Part shown: piece after piece, positions 39,101 through 45,722 of the stretch
Layout: every line of letters starts with the position of its first letter
Numbering within the stretch: position 1 is the stretch's first letter
Source of the DNA: a virus
Lineage: Duplodnaviria; Caudoviricetes
Virus record (IMG/VR): IMGVR_UViG_3300013426_000023
Coordinates: 32,001-96,000 of that record
DNA: 64,000 nt
Reading direction: 5' to 3' (one strand)
Notes under the pieces: model-generated
Told to the model about the DNA's origin: nothing
Seen by the model: only the letters and a program-made list of their open reading frames with translations
Database searches by the model: none
Translations under genes and position numbers: made by a program

Positions 39101-40427
39101 TGTTAATAATTTAATGCAATTAAATCCTAATTTAAAAAATAATATTATATTTCCTAATCAGAATTTAGTAATAGGAAAAAAGCAAGGAGTTAAAGCTTAT
39201 AATATAAGAAAACAATGGGAAGCAGATAAAAAATTAAATAATAATTTATCAGTCATACAAAGCGTAAAACATGATAATAATTATATTGTTATAGATAAAA
39301 AGAATAGTTTATTAAATGTATTTGATAAAAATAATAAATTGATATATAAAACAAATGATATAAGTACTGGTGCTTCAGGAAATGATTATAATACTATAAC
39401 TTATGTAGATAAAAGTGGTAATATAAAAAGTGGTAAAGGTAATAATTCTACTCCAGCAGGTATAACTAAGATTACAGGTACAGGAATTTATCATGGTTAT
39501 CCTTCTTTTACAAGAGGTAGAAGTAAAGGTTCAAGTTATGAAGATATAGCAAGTTCTTTACATTTTGGTAATACTTCTCAACAAAGATTATCTAATGGAT
39601 GTGTAAGAATAGGAGGTAATACTTTAAATCAATTAAGCAAGTATATTGATATTGGAACAGATGTCTATACATTACCTGAAAAGAAAGGTTCTAAATTTGT
39701 TGCTAAAGATGGAAAATTAAGTTTTGTAGCTAATAAACCTTACGGCAAAGACATAAAGGGAGACCCTAAGAGATTCTGGGATGATTATAATATTAGCATA
39801 AATAAATCATATTCACCTTTAAAAATAGTTTCAACTGTAAAAGGTAACAAGGAATATAAAGAAAATGAAAGAAGATTTATAGATACCTTAATAAACAAGA
39901 AACAAGAATTGATGAAAAGATTTAATCTTGATTCTGATACATATAATCATATAGCAGAATTATCTTTAGGCATTGCAAATCAAGAAAGTAAGATGGGTAC
40001 AGGTACTTCTCTCAATCCAAAACATAATTATAAACTTAAAACTGCAATTCCATGGTTAGTAGATATAATGAAATCTTTTTCTGGTGGTGCTGTATCTAGA
40101 GGTTATGGACAAGTGAAACTTAAAGGAGATAATAAAAAACTTAGAGATATTTATAATAATTTAGGTATTAATGAAAATAATATATACTCTGCTGAAAATG
40201 GAGCGTTATCAATATTAGCAAGATTAGCTTATATGTATAATACAGAAGTAAAAGGAAGAAAATTTAAAGGTGCTAATGGTAATATAGACCCATATACAGC
40301 TCTTATATATAAATATAATGGAAGAAGTTCTGCATTAAAAAAAGGTGATGTAAATCCAGATAATAATAGTTATATAAAGAATGTAAGAAAATATGCAGCT
40401 AAATATAATATGTATTCTATTAGATAA
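36108..40427 (+). CDS. Multidomain (probably virion cargo) cell-wall protein: GH24-like lysozyme, zincin, LysM, L,D-transpeptidase, SLT-like domain
   Basis: LTQSQLDALYSYSYNVGAGNF...GLTRRRNWE; HEAASH; YIVKAGDSLWNIA...LMQLNP LysM; STPAG...LHFG...SNGCVRI; ANQES...RGYGQVK...KYNG. Confidence 0.8.
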   Translation: MWNNLSIQDKASYIREAVANGIYNRRDIISNYNSFAKGGYKPSDKVKKDIATWEGSSMKTNRSFEAEANDFNKYLPKGALNKLTQSQLDALYSYSYNVGAGNFNKRVVPVLTQYLNGKATKEDVQKSMWASKDNELRGLTRRRNWEREGFGGNYRTMFTGTGGTPNYYGYRDSRIPSSDSTNQVAQFDDNVTKPTDFISSVNGFTLDQINEAMNNSTYKPINNVENQESSLPPTGTAFTIPSLNTMYNPIESAKPDYSYTQSILTDFDNTLYGNDINDEDNMFDKGGNLFFVGGQQQRITEAKPYIFKNGKLVANPQYHQPDRGVALPLGFPSIFNANKDYLPDPLFNILTLGRNIYNIDYKGLKEAYKVLKQKYTKKGFNLSKEYPDWESALKKVFDELGDFLIPGLKYGGSLNKFEDGGNENEDKGYNYVDADNLRHKDFLNLINVDGKLMDSDNNTYNLQALDREHTPVIQGTNMLAKKMAEDMAYANAKKYFDSNTTIDFINAATLGLLNRGSISQDARLIKDAYNTAFGDMTYDQLINSATLGNEGIFENPLYNTLIDFAIPLGTYGTNQLLNTNKAKNLIASLVTKNSLLPKNFSPNYLSININNGDSDLIKNIHNKNLAEKLRTAYLTRFGENKVLNLNNNYFRSSKQLPTIMEEFNPYQNYPVGEYTSKEIQDYYSQVMLPLMKRYNISAPKKVKPAIITVPDNINKNIRGWYNPWLDIPFLRAVGIDGKLTNSIKNGLFNSTYLHEAASHGTDELLDNLNLMSKYKFESFLPNDYVFHPKISASKLGEEFRATMNEVRQSLLETRKEFNGLDYFYPQGKDLEKAIDDIGINLLMNKMGITNAYGEDYFNAWNNLKNRANNGNLRDIQNLINFENNIKDAFKYLPAIGTGVIGTTALNNKEKALGGPLNAYAGGGILDIISNFFTDNKQSQIKPKVYISLSGQHFKTAHEAAIDNFNLQKGRGKYAPKNINYIVKAGDSLWNIARTNNTTVNNLMQLNPNLKNNIIFPNQNLVIGKKQGVKAYNIRKQWEADKKLNNNLSVIQSVKHDNNYIVIDKKNSLLNVFDKNNKLIYKTNDISTGASGNDYNTITYVDKSGNIKSGKGNNSTPAGITKITGTGIYHGYPSFTRGRSKGSSYEDIASSLHFGNTSQQRLSNGCVRIGGNTLNQLSKYIDIGTDVYTLPEKKGSKFVAKDGKLSFVANKPYGKDIKGDPKRFWDDYNISINKSYSPLKIVSTVKGNKEYKENERRFIDTLINKKQELMKRFNLDSDTYNHIAELSLGIANQESKMGTGTSLNPKHNYKLKTAIPWLVDIMKSFSGGAVSRGYGQVKLKGDNKKLRDIYNNLGINENNIYSAENGALSILARLAYMYNTEVKGRKFKGANGNIDPYTALIYKYNGRSSALKKGDVNPDNNSYIKNVRKYAAKYNMYSIR

Positions 40428-40446
40428 GTTAATTAATCTTAATTTA

Positions 40447-40478
40447 TTTGGTAGTATAAAATATAATGTTTATCTTTG
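40447..40478 (+). promoter_or_regulatory. Bacteroidota sigma-A-type promoter
   Basis: TTTG-N20-TATCTTTG. Confidence 0.75.
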
Positions 40479-40496
40479 CAAAGTAATTTAGTGAAT

Positions 40497-40883
40497 ATGA
40501 AAAATTTTATATTATTTATATGGCAATTACCACAGATGATTATTGCATTCATCTATCAAATGTATCTAATATATAGTAATAATTATTTAGGTGCTTATGA
40601 AGAAAATGACAATATAATACATCAATGTGTGATGAGAGGTGCTGTAACTTTAGGTAATAATATATTCATTAATGTTGGTACTTTCAATATGGAACAAGTA
40701 CTTGAACATGAATATGGACATACAATACAAAGTAAGATTCTTGGTCCTTTATACCTTATAATAATAGGTATTCCAAGTATTACTTGGGCAGGACTTAGAA
40801 GACTAATTCCTTCTCTTAGAGAATATAGTTACTATTCTTTTTATACAGAGAAGTGGGCTAATAAATTGGCTAATAAAGCGTAA
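40497..40883 (+). CDS. Membrane-associated HExxH zinc peptidase-like protein
   Basis: IWQLPQ, GAVTLG, HEYGHTIQS, FYTEKWAN. Start moved to ATG 40497 because the TTG start lies inside the promoter. Confidence 0.7.
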   Translation: MKNFILFIWQLPQMIIAFIYQMYLIYSNNYLGAYEENDNIIHQCVMRGAVTLGNNIFINVGTFNMEQVLEHEYGHTIQSKILGPLYLIIIGIPSITWAGLRRLIPSLREYSYYSFYTEKWANKLANKA

Positions 40884-40895
40884 GCTTATTAAATG

Positions 40896-40925
40896 TAGGT
40901 AGGAGTGATGACCTACCTACTTATA
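40896..40925 (+). terminator. Intrinsic terminator
   Basis: GTAGGTAGG-AGTGATGA-CCTACCTAC-TTTAT. Confidence 0.6.
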
Positions 40926-40984
40926 TTAACCCTCATAAATATTAAATGTCGTGTATTCCCCTTGAGGGTTTTATTGGGGAATAT

Positions 40985-41057
40985 TGGGGTATAGTATAAA
41001 GGTAGTACGCAAGATTTTGGTTCTTGGTCTGTGGGGGTTCAATTCCCTCTACCCTAA
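40985..41057 (+). tRNA. tRNA-Gln(UUG)
   Basis: Acceptor TGGGGTA/TACCCTA, anticodon arm CAAGA-TTTTGGT-TCTTG, GGTTCAATTCC T-arm; no encoded CCA. Confidence 0.9.
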
Positions 41058-41063
41058 CTAAAT

Positions 41064-41138
41064 AGTTCTTTAGCTCAGTTGGATTAGAGCAACAGCCTTC
41101 TAAGCTGTGGGTCATGGGTTCAAGTCCCATAAGAACTA
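41064..41138 (+). tRNA. tRNA-Arg(UCU)
   Basis: AGTTCTT/AAGAACT, ACAGC-CTTCTAA-GCTGT, GGTTCAAGTCC. Confidence 0.93.
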
Positions 41139-41355
41139 CAATATAAAGTATTGCAGAGTACTATGTGAATACAACGTAACTCCAAGGCTTTAGTCATTGT
41201 CACTATGTAAGTTTAGCCCTTGTGGAAGTCGTAGAGTCCTTGTCTTAAGGGAGGCAGAGATAATCCCTTATATATTATAGATTGTTTTCATAGATTTAAT
41301 ATATTAAACTAAGGTTTTCTACTCTACTTTTCCTTAATAAAGTGGAGTGCTATAA

Positions 41356-41429
41356 TGCCTCTTAGCTCAGTTGGTCAGAGCATTAGACTGTTAATCTAGG
41401 TGTCGCAGGTTCAAGTCCTGTAGAGGCAG
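41356..41429 (+). tRNA. tRNA-Asn(GUU)
   Basis: TGCCTCT/AGAGGCA, TTAGA-CTGTTAA-TCTAG, GGTTCAAGTCC. Confidence 0.92.
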
Positions 41430-41473
41430 CAATAGTTTTAGGTAGCAGTTTTCCTTAATAAATTGCTATGAAT

Positions 41474-41547
41474 ACTCACTTAGCTCAATAGGTTAGAGCA
41501 CTCGGCTTATACCCAAGTGGTTAGGGGTTCAAGTCCCTTAGTGAGTA
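41474..41547 (+). tRNA. tRNA-Ile(UAU)
   Basis: ACTCACT/AGTGAGT, CTCGG-CTTATAC-CCAAG (one C-A mismatch), GGTTCAAGTCC. Confidence 0.82.
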
Positions 41548-41549
41548 CT

Positions 41550-41816
41550 ATGAAATGGATATTAAAACTTATACAGAATAATACTGGAGTATCTTCAAAG
41601 AACTTCTTTCTTATTGCTGTAACTATAGTAGGTATAATATTGTTGATAGTACCTATAATAGTATTATTAGTTGAGGTGTTTACAACAAATACAATACATA
41701 CAGATTTAAATGGTATGGCTGCATATATTGCAGCAGTTGCTGGTGTATTTGCTAGTGCTGGTATTACAAAGGCATGGTCAGAAAAATATGAGAATAATGT
41801 GGTTAAAAGAGAGTAA
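41550..41816 (+). CDS. Two-TM holin-like membrane protein
   Basis: MKWILKLIQNNTGVSSKNFF, two TM helices, charged tail. The track start at 41517 lies inside tRNA-Ile. Confidence 0.6.
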   Translation: MKWILKLIQNNTGVSSKNFFLIAVTIVGIILLIVPIIVLLVEVFTTNTIHTDLNGMAAYIAAVAGVFASAGITKAWSEKYENNVVKRE

Positions 41817-42015
41817 TAGAGATAAACATTTTTTATATGCTATACCAATAGGTATAGTATTCACTATACTATGTGTATTAGGTGTAGCATCTGGTTTAGA
41901 GTTTAAAGATAAACTATATGGAAATAAATGGGATTGGTTAGATTGGTTAGCTACTATATTGGGTGGTTTAATTGGTCAAGTTATACAAATATTTATTATT
42001 TCATTACTCCTATAG
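41797..42015 (+). CDS. Small membrane protein (KH...D...T..G pattern, YfiM/VanZ-like)
   Basis: MWLKESNRDKHFLYA...EFKD...WDWLDWLATILGG. Confidence 0.65.
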   Translation: MWLKESNRDKHFLYAIPIGIVFTILCVLGVASGLEFKDKLYGNKWDWLDWLATILGGLIGQVIQIFIISLLL

Positions 42016-42024
42016 GAGTAGCTT

Positions 42025-42097
42025 GCTACTGTAGTTCAATTGGTAGAACACTTGATTTGTACTCAAGTTGTTGAGGGTTCAAGTCCTTTCAGTAGCT
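42025..42097 (+). tRNA. tRNA-Thr(UGU)
   Basis: GCTACTG/CAGTAGC, CTTGA-TTTGTAC-TCAAG, GGTTCAAGTCC. Confidence 0.92.
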
Positions 42098-42124
42098 CTA
42101 TATAAACTTTAAATTTGTATAGAT

Positions 42125-42235
42125 ATGAAGACTGTATTAAAGGTAACAAAAAAATGGTTTAAGGCATATATAGATGCCTATGCTAAGGTAATGAAACCTC
42201 TTTATGAGAATGGTGTATGTCCATTACCTTTGTAG
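42125..42235 (+). CDS. 36-aa small protein
   Basis: MKTVLKVTKKWFKAYIDAYAKVMKPLYENGVCPLPL, followed by a hairpin and a terminator. Confidence 0.55.
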   Translation: MKTVLKVTKKWFKAYIDAYAKVMKPLYENGVCPLPL

Positions 42236-42289
42236 TAATTAATTGATATTTAAAGTGTTAAGAGCAATATGGCTCTTACACTATGTTTG

Positions 42290-42312
42290 AGGAGGATTAT
42301 ACCTCCTTTTTT
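42290..42312 (+). terminator. Intrinsic terminator
   Basis: AGGAGG-ATTATA-CCTCCT followed by a T-run. Confidence 0.7.
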
Positions 42313-42348
42313 AATGTCTGTTAATATAATGTTAAAGTATGTAATTTA

Positions 42349-42380
42349 CTTGCAAAATATAAATATTTGTATTATCTTTG
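42349..42380 (+). promoter_or_regulatory. Bacteroidota-type promoter upstream of tRNA-Leu
   Basis: CTTG-N20-TATCTTTG. Confidence 0.7.
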
Positions 42381-42399
42381 CAGCAGTTAAATAATTAAT

Positions 42400-42485
42400 G
42401 GCTTCATGATGGAATTGGTAGACATTTCAGACTTAAAATCTGATGAGTAGTAATACTCGTAGGGGTTCAAATCCCCTTGGAGCTA
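42400..42485 (+). tRNA. tRNA-Leu(UAA)
   Basis: GGCTTCA/TGGAGCT, TCAGA-CTTAAAA-TCTGA, long variable arm GAGTA-GTAA-TACTC, GGTTCAAATCC. Confidence 0.92.
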
Positions 42486-42506
42486 CTAATATAAAAGAAG
42501 AATATT

Positions 42507-42692
42507 ATGACAATAAGAAAAGAACAGCAATGGCAAGCAGAAAGTGACGCTAGAACTCTTGCTGAATATCAAGAAATATTAAGTGATAAAGCAAGACTTA
42601 AAAGAGCAACTACTGCTGCAAAAAAACAAGCAGCTAATCTTACAAAAAGAGCTAATGCTATGAGTAAGGCTGCTAATAGAGGAAGGAGGTAA
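42507..42692 (+). CDS. Small basic protein
   Basis: WQAESDARTLAEYQEI..DKARLKRA. Confidence 0.7.
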   Translation: MTIRKEQQWQAESDARTLAEYQEILSDKARLKRATTAAKKQAANLTKRANAMSKAANRGRR

Positions 42693-42693
42693 T

Positions 42694-42846
42694 ATGACTA
42701 AGGGTTTATTAAAAACATTAAAAGTTATATCAGCCTACAATTCAAATGAGTTATGTAAGTTTGTAAACGCAAATGATATATCTCAAAATCAAGTAGTAAA
42801 TATAGTAGTCAAAAATGATTTAATGCATTTATTTTATTACAGTTAA
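42694..42846 (+). CDS. Small protein (50 aa)
   Basis: MTKGLLKTLKVISAYNSNELC...LFYYS; tiles between neighbours. Confidence 0.6.
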   Translation: MTKGLLKTLKVISAYNSNELCKFVNANDISQNQVVNIVVKNDLMHLFYYS

Positions 42847-42847
42847 T

Positions 42848-43072
42848 ATGGAGGACAAAAGAAAAGAATATAATAAAGAGCCTGTATATTACTGTGCAAG
42901 ATGTCTATCTCTTAGAATACTTGGTGTAGAAGGTATGGAAGGCTTAGATTATTGTGATGAATGTAATTCAACAGAAATAAAGGAAACTACAATAGATGAG
43001 TGGAATAAAATGTATGAGAATAAACATCATCACTCTTATTTAGATAATTATAGTAATAACAATAAAAATTAA
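42848..43072 (+). CDS. Zinc-ribbon protein
   Basis: YCARCLSL...YCDECNS. Confidence 0.75.
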   Translation: MEDKRKEYNKEPVYYCARCLSLRILGVEGMEGLDYCDECNSTEIKETTIDEWNKMYENKHHHSYLDNYSNNNKN

Positions 43073-43079
43073 TTTTAAA

Positions 43080-43397
43080 ATGGAGAAAAAAATGAATGTT
43101 GCTCCTAAAGAGCAGAGTGCAGAAGTTAATAAGGAAGAAAAGAAGCTTACTTATGAACAACTTAATGGCATTGCAAATCAATTATTCCAAGAGAATAATA
43201 AGCTAAAGGCAATGGTTAATAAACTCTCTGACCAATCAGCATTTGCTAAGTTAGATTTCTTATTTAAGGTTGTAGATAGTGCTTATGCTTTCCCTGCTGA
43301 TTTTAGAGCTGCTTGTGCTAAGGAGATTCAAGATGCTATGACTACTCCTATAGAAGAATCTAAGGAAACACCCAAAGAGGAAACAAAGGAGGATTAA
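43080..43397 (+). CDS. Conserved crAss-like hypothetical protein
   Basis: KLTYEQL...KLDFLFKVV. Confidence 0.75.
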   Translation: MEKKMNVAPKEQSAEVNKEEKKLTYEQLNGIANQLFQENNKLKAMVNKLSDQSAFAKLDFLFKVVDSAYAFPADFRAACAKEIQDAMTTPIEESKETPKEETKED

Positions 43398-43398
43398 T

Positions 43399-43788
43399 AT
43401 GCAGAAACCAGATAGTTTATTAAGAATTGACTGTGATGATTTACAGCAATTCTTTAAACTCTGGTTTAAGTTCTTAGAACCACTTCATCATCTTACTGAT
43501 AGAGAAGTAGATGTACTTGCTTGCTTATGTAAATACAGATATTTATTAGGTAAGAAAATCATGGATGATGAAATACTTGACAATGTATTATTTAGTGAAG
43601 ACATTAAGAAAAAAATTATAGAAGACTTAGGAATGTCTTTACAATATTATCAAGTCATTATAAGTAAGTTAAGAAAGGTAAATCTATTAAAAGAAGGTCA
43701 TATAGAACCTAGAATAGTACCTAATCTAAAAGAGGATAGAGGTAATTATACTTTAATGCTTAACTTTATAATTAAAGACAATGCTTGA
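43399..43788 (+). CDS. Putative HTH DNA-binding protein
   Basis: LTDREVDVL...IIEDLGMS..YYQVIISKLRK. Confidence 0.6.
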   Translation: MQKPDSLLRIDCDDLQQFFKLWFKFLEPLHHLTDREVDVLACLCKYRYLLGKKIMDDEILDNVLFSEDIKKKIIEDLGMSLQYYQVIISKLRKVNLLKEGHIEPRIVPNLKEDRGNYTLMLNFIIKDNA

Positions 43789-44056
43789 TGATATATTTAA
43801 AGAAGTGTCTGAGAGCTTAGGAATACCAGAAGATACAGTAAGTAAAGTATATAAGGCTTATTGGAAAACTATAAAAGATTATATTGAGAGTTTGCCTCTT
43901 AAAGATAATCTTACTGAAGAAGAGTTTCTTAGCCTTAGACCTAACATTAATATTCCATCTATAGGTAAACTATATGTTACCTATGATAGTTATAAATATT
44001 TAAAGAAATATTATAATGAAAATTATAAAGACAAAGAAGATACAACCAACATTTGA
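43781..44056 (+). CDS. HU/IHF-like DNA-binding protein
   Basis: IFKEVSESLGIP..TV..V ... INIPSIGKL. Confidence 0.65.
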   Translation: MLDDIFKEVSESLGIPEDTVSKVYKAYWKTIKDYIESLPLKDNLTEEEFLSLRPNINIPSIGKLYVTYDSYKYLKKYYNENYKDKEDTTNI

Positions 44057-44438
44057 TAAAGTAGTTACTACTTTCAATACATATACTGAGGATTGCTTAG
44101 TAGATGATATTGTAATACCTAAAGGTACTTTTATGGTAGAACAGAAAGTATTGGCTGCTGGACCTAATTCTCCATTTAAGGAAGGTCAGATGATACATAT
44201 TAATCCTATTATGTATGGTCATAGAAAGCATCAAAAAGGTTCATTGAAGGATGGTGTAATTACTGATAATCCTATTACTGAATATTCTCTTCCTGTTATG
44301 CAACTTGCAGACAAACAAGTATTGCTTCTTGATAGCAGGGATATTGATTATATCATATCAGAATATGAAGAGATTGAAGCAAAGAAACCAAAGAAGAATG
44401 CTATTATAATGCCTAAACCAAAGACAATAATAATGTGA
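44016..44438 (+). CDS. GroES-like co-chaperonin
   Basis: KIQPTFDKVV, VLAAGP...KEG, LLLDSRDI. Confidence 0.55.
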   Translation: MKIIKTKKIQPTFDKVVTTFNTYTEDCLVDDIVIPKGTFMVEQKVLAAGPNSPFKEGQMIHINPIMYGHRKHQKGSLKDGVITDNPITEYSLPVMQLADKQVLLLDSRDIDYIISEYEEIEAKKPKKNAIIMPKPKTIIM

Positions 44439-44467
44439 TTCTTGTTCATAACTATTATTTATAATAC

Positions 44468-44503
44468 AGCCTTAGTCTTAATTAATTTAAGGCTAAGGTT
44501 TTT
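44468..44503 (+). terminator. Intrinsic terminator
   Basis: AGCCTTAGTCTTAA-TTAAT-TTAAGGCTAAGGTTTTT. Confidence 0.65.
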
Positions 44504-44515
44504 AATTTTAATTAT

Positions 44516-45070
44516 ATGAAACTTATAAAAATAGATAATTATGAATTAAAATTCAGTGATGAATTATTATTATTAAAACCTTTTAGAGTATTGTATAATG
44601 CAGATAAAACTGTTGATAAGAATCATTTCTTAGACTTTTTATCAATACTTTATTATGTATATGACCCAAGAAGTGAATTTAATTATATAGTTGATGAAGA
44701 TACTAGACTTGAAGAAGTATGTAACGCAAATGGCATTAATAAACCAAAATTTACTAAACAAGATTTATCATGTATAGAACTATATAAGAAAATGACTATA
44801 ACTTCTTCATCATTACTTCTTGAAAGAACAAGAAAAACTTTAGATAAAGTAGGAATGTTTCTTGAAAACATAGATTTGACAGAAGAAGATGATAAAGGTA
44901 AACCTAAATATACAGTACAATCTGTAGTAGCTGCTACTAAATTAGTTCCTCAATTAGTAAAAGAAGTCATGGAAGCTGAAAAAAGTGTTGCAAAAGATAT
45001 TGAAGAACAAGGTAGAGCTAAAGGTAATAATGGTAATAAAAAATTAATGGATGATGGTATTTTATTATGA
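44516..45070 (+). CDS. Conserved crAss-like protein upstream of terminase (possible small subunit)
   Basis: YYVYDPRS...DDKGKPKY; position only. Confidence 0.5.
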   Translation: MKLIKIDNYELKFSDELLLLKPFRVLYNADKTVDKNHFLDFLSILYYVYDPRSEFNYIVDEDTRLEEVCNANGINKPKFTKQDLSCIELYKKMTITSSSLLLERTRKTLDKVGMFLENIDLTEEDDKGKPKYTVQSVVAATKLVPQLVKEVMEAEKSVAKDIEEQGRAKGNNGNKKLMDDGILL

Positions 45071-45393
45071 GAATAGAAGATTTAGATAATAAACAATTTG
45101 AATTGTTTGGTAGTAAGTATACAATTAAATTTGTAGATACTTTAGATGAACCAGATAGTGATATTAGTCATTATGGACTTACTACTAATCCAAAGTATCT
45201 AATTGAAATTGCTAAAAATGTAAAAGGTAATCTTCAATCAGAAGATGAACTATATCTTACATTAGTACATGAAATAGTTCATGTTATATTGGATGTAGGT
45301 AACTATTGTAATACTTCTGGTGATGAACCTTTAGTAGAATGGACAGCTAGATGTATTATATCATTATTAAAACAAAATATATTATGCAAATAG
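45067..45393 (+). CDS. HExxH metallopeptidase-like protein
   Basis: LTLVHEIVHVIL...DEPLVE. Confidence 0.7.
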   Translation: MRIEDLDNKQFELFGSKYTIKFVDTLDEPDSDISHYGLTTNPKYLIEIAKNVKGNLQSEDELYLTLVHEIVHVILDVGNYCNTSGDEPLVEWTARCIISLLKQNILCK

Positions 45394-45722
45394 AAGATAT
45401 AACTGAAGTGTTAAATCAATACTTAAAGAAATCCAGACAAGAACTTAACTTAAACATAGGAGGTAAATTTGTAGTAAAAAGAAATATTATTACAAAGAAA
45501 CCACCTATATTTAAGAAATTTATCATTGAGTTATATTATATTTCTTCTATAGGAGACAACAAGCTATGTATAACAATAGAACAAATAGAAAAATGTCCTT
45601 CTAATTCAGAAAATACATATTGGAACGAAGTATATAAATCTTATGTTCTTGAGATATTTAAGTTTATTAAAAGTGAAACGTTTAGTAGGTTAATACATGG
45701 AATCGTTAATACCAACAAATAA
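45384..45722 (+). CDS. Hypothetical protein (likely start MQIEDITE)
   Basis: Operon context. Confidence 0.6.
   Translation: MQIEDITEVLNQYLKKSRQELNLNIGGKFVVKRNIITKKPPIFKKFIIELYYISSIGDNKLCITIEQIEKCPSNSENTYWNEVYKSYVLEIFKFIKSETFSRLIHGIVNTNK

Noticed and set aside
40942-41130. 62-aa minus-strand ORF
   Set aside because: Antisense reading of tRNA-Gln and tRNA-Arg
41150-41240. Group I intron P7-like words (GCAGAGTACTA / GAAGTCGTAGAGTCC)
   Set aside because: Imperfect match, too short, and no interrupted host gene; kept only as an unassigned structured RNA
42439-42460. CTGATGAG hammerhead-like core
   Set aside because: Part of the tRNA-Leu anticodon and variable arms; no matching GAAA junction
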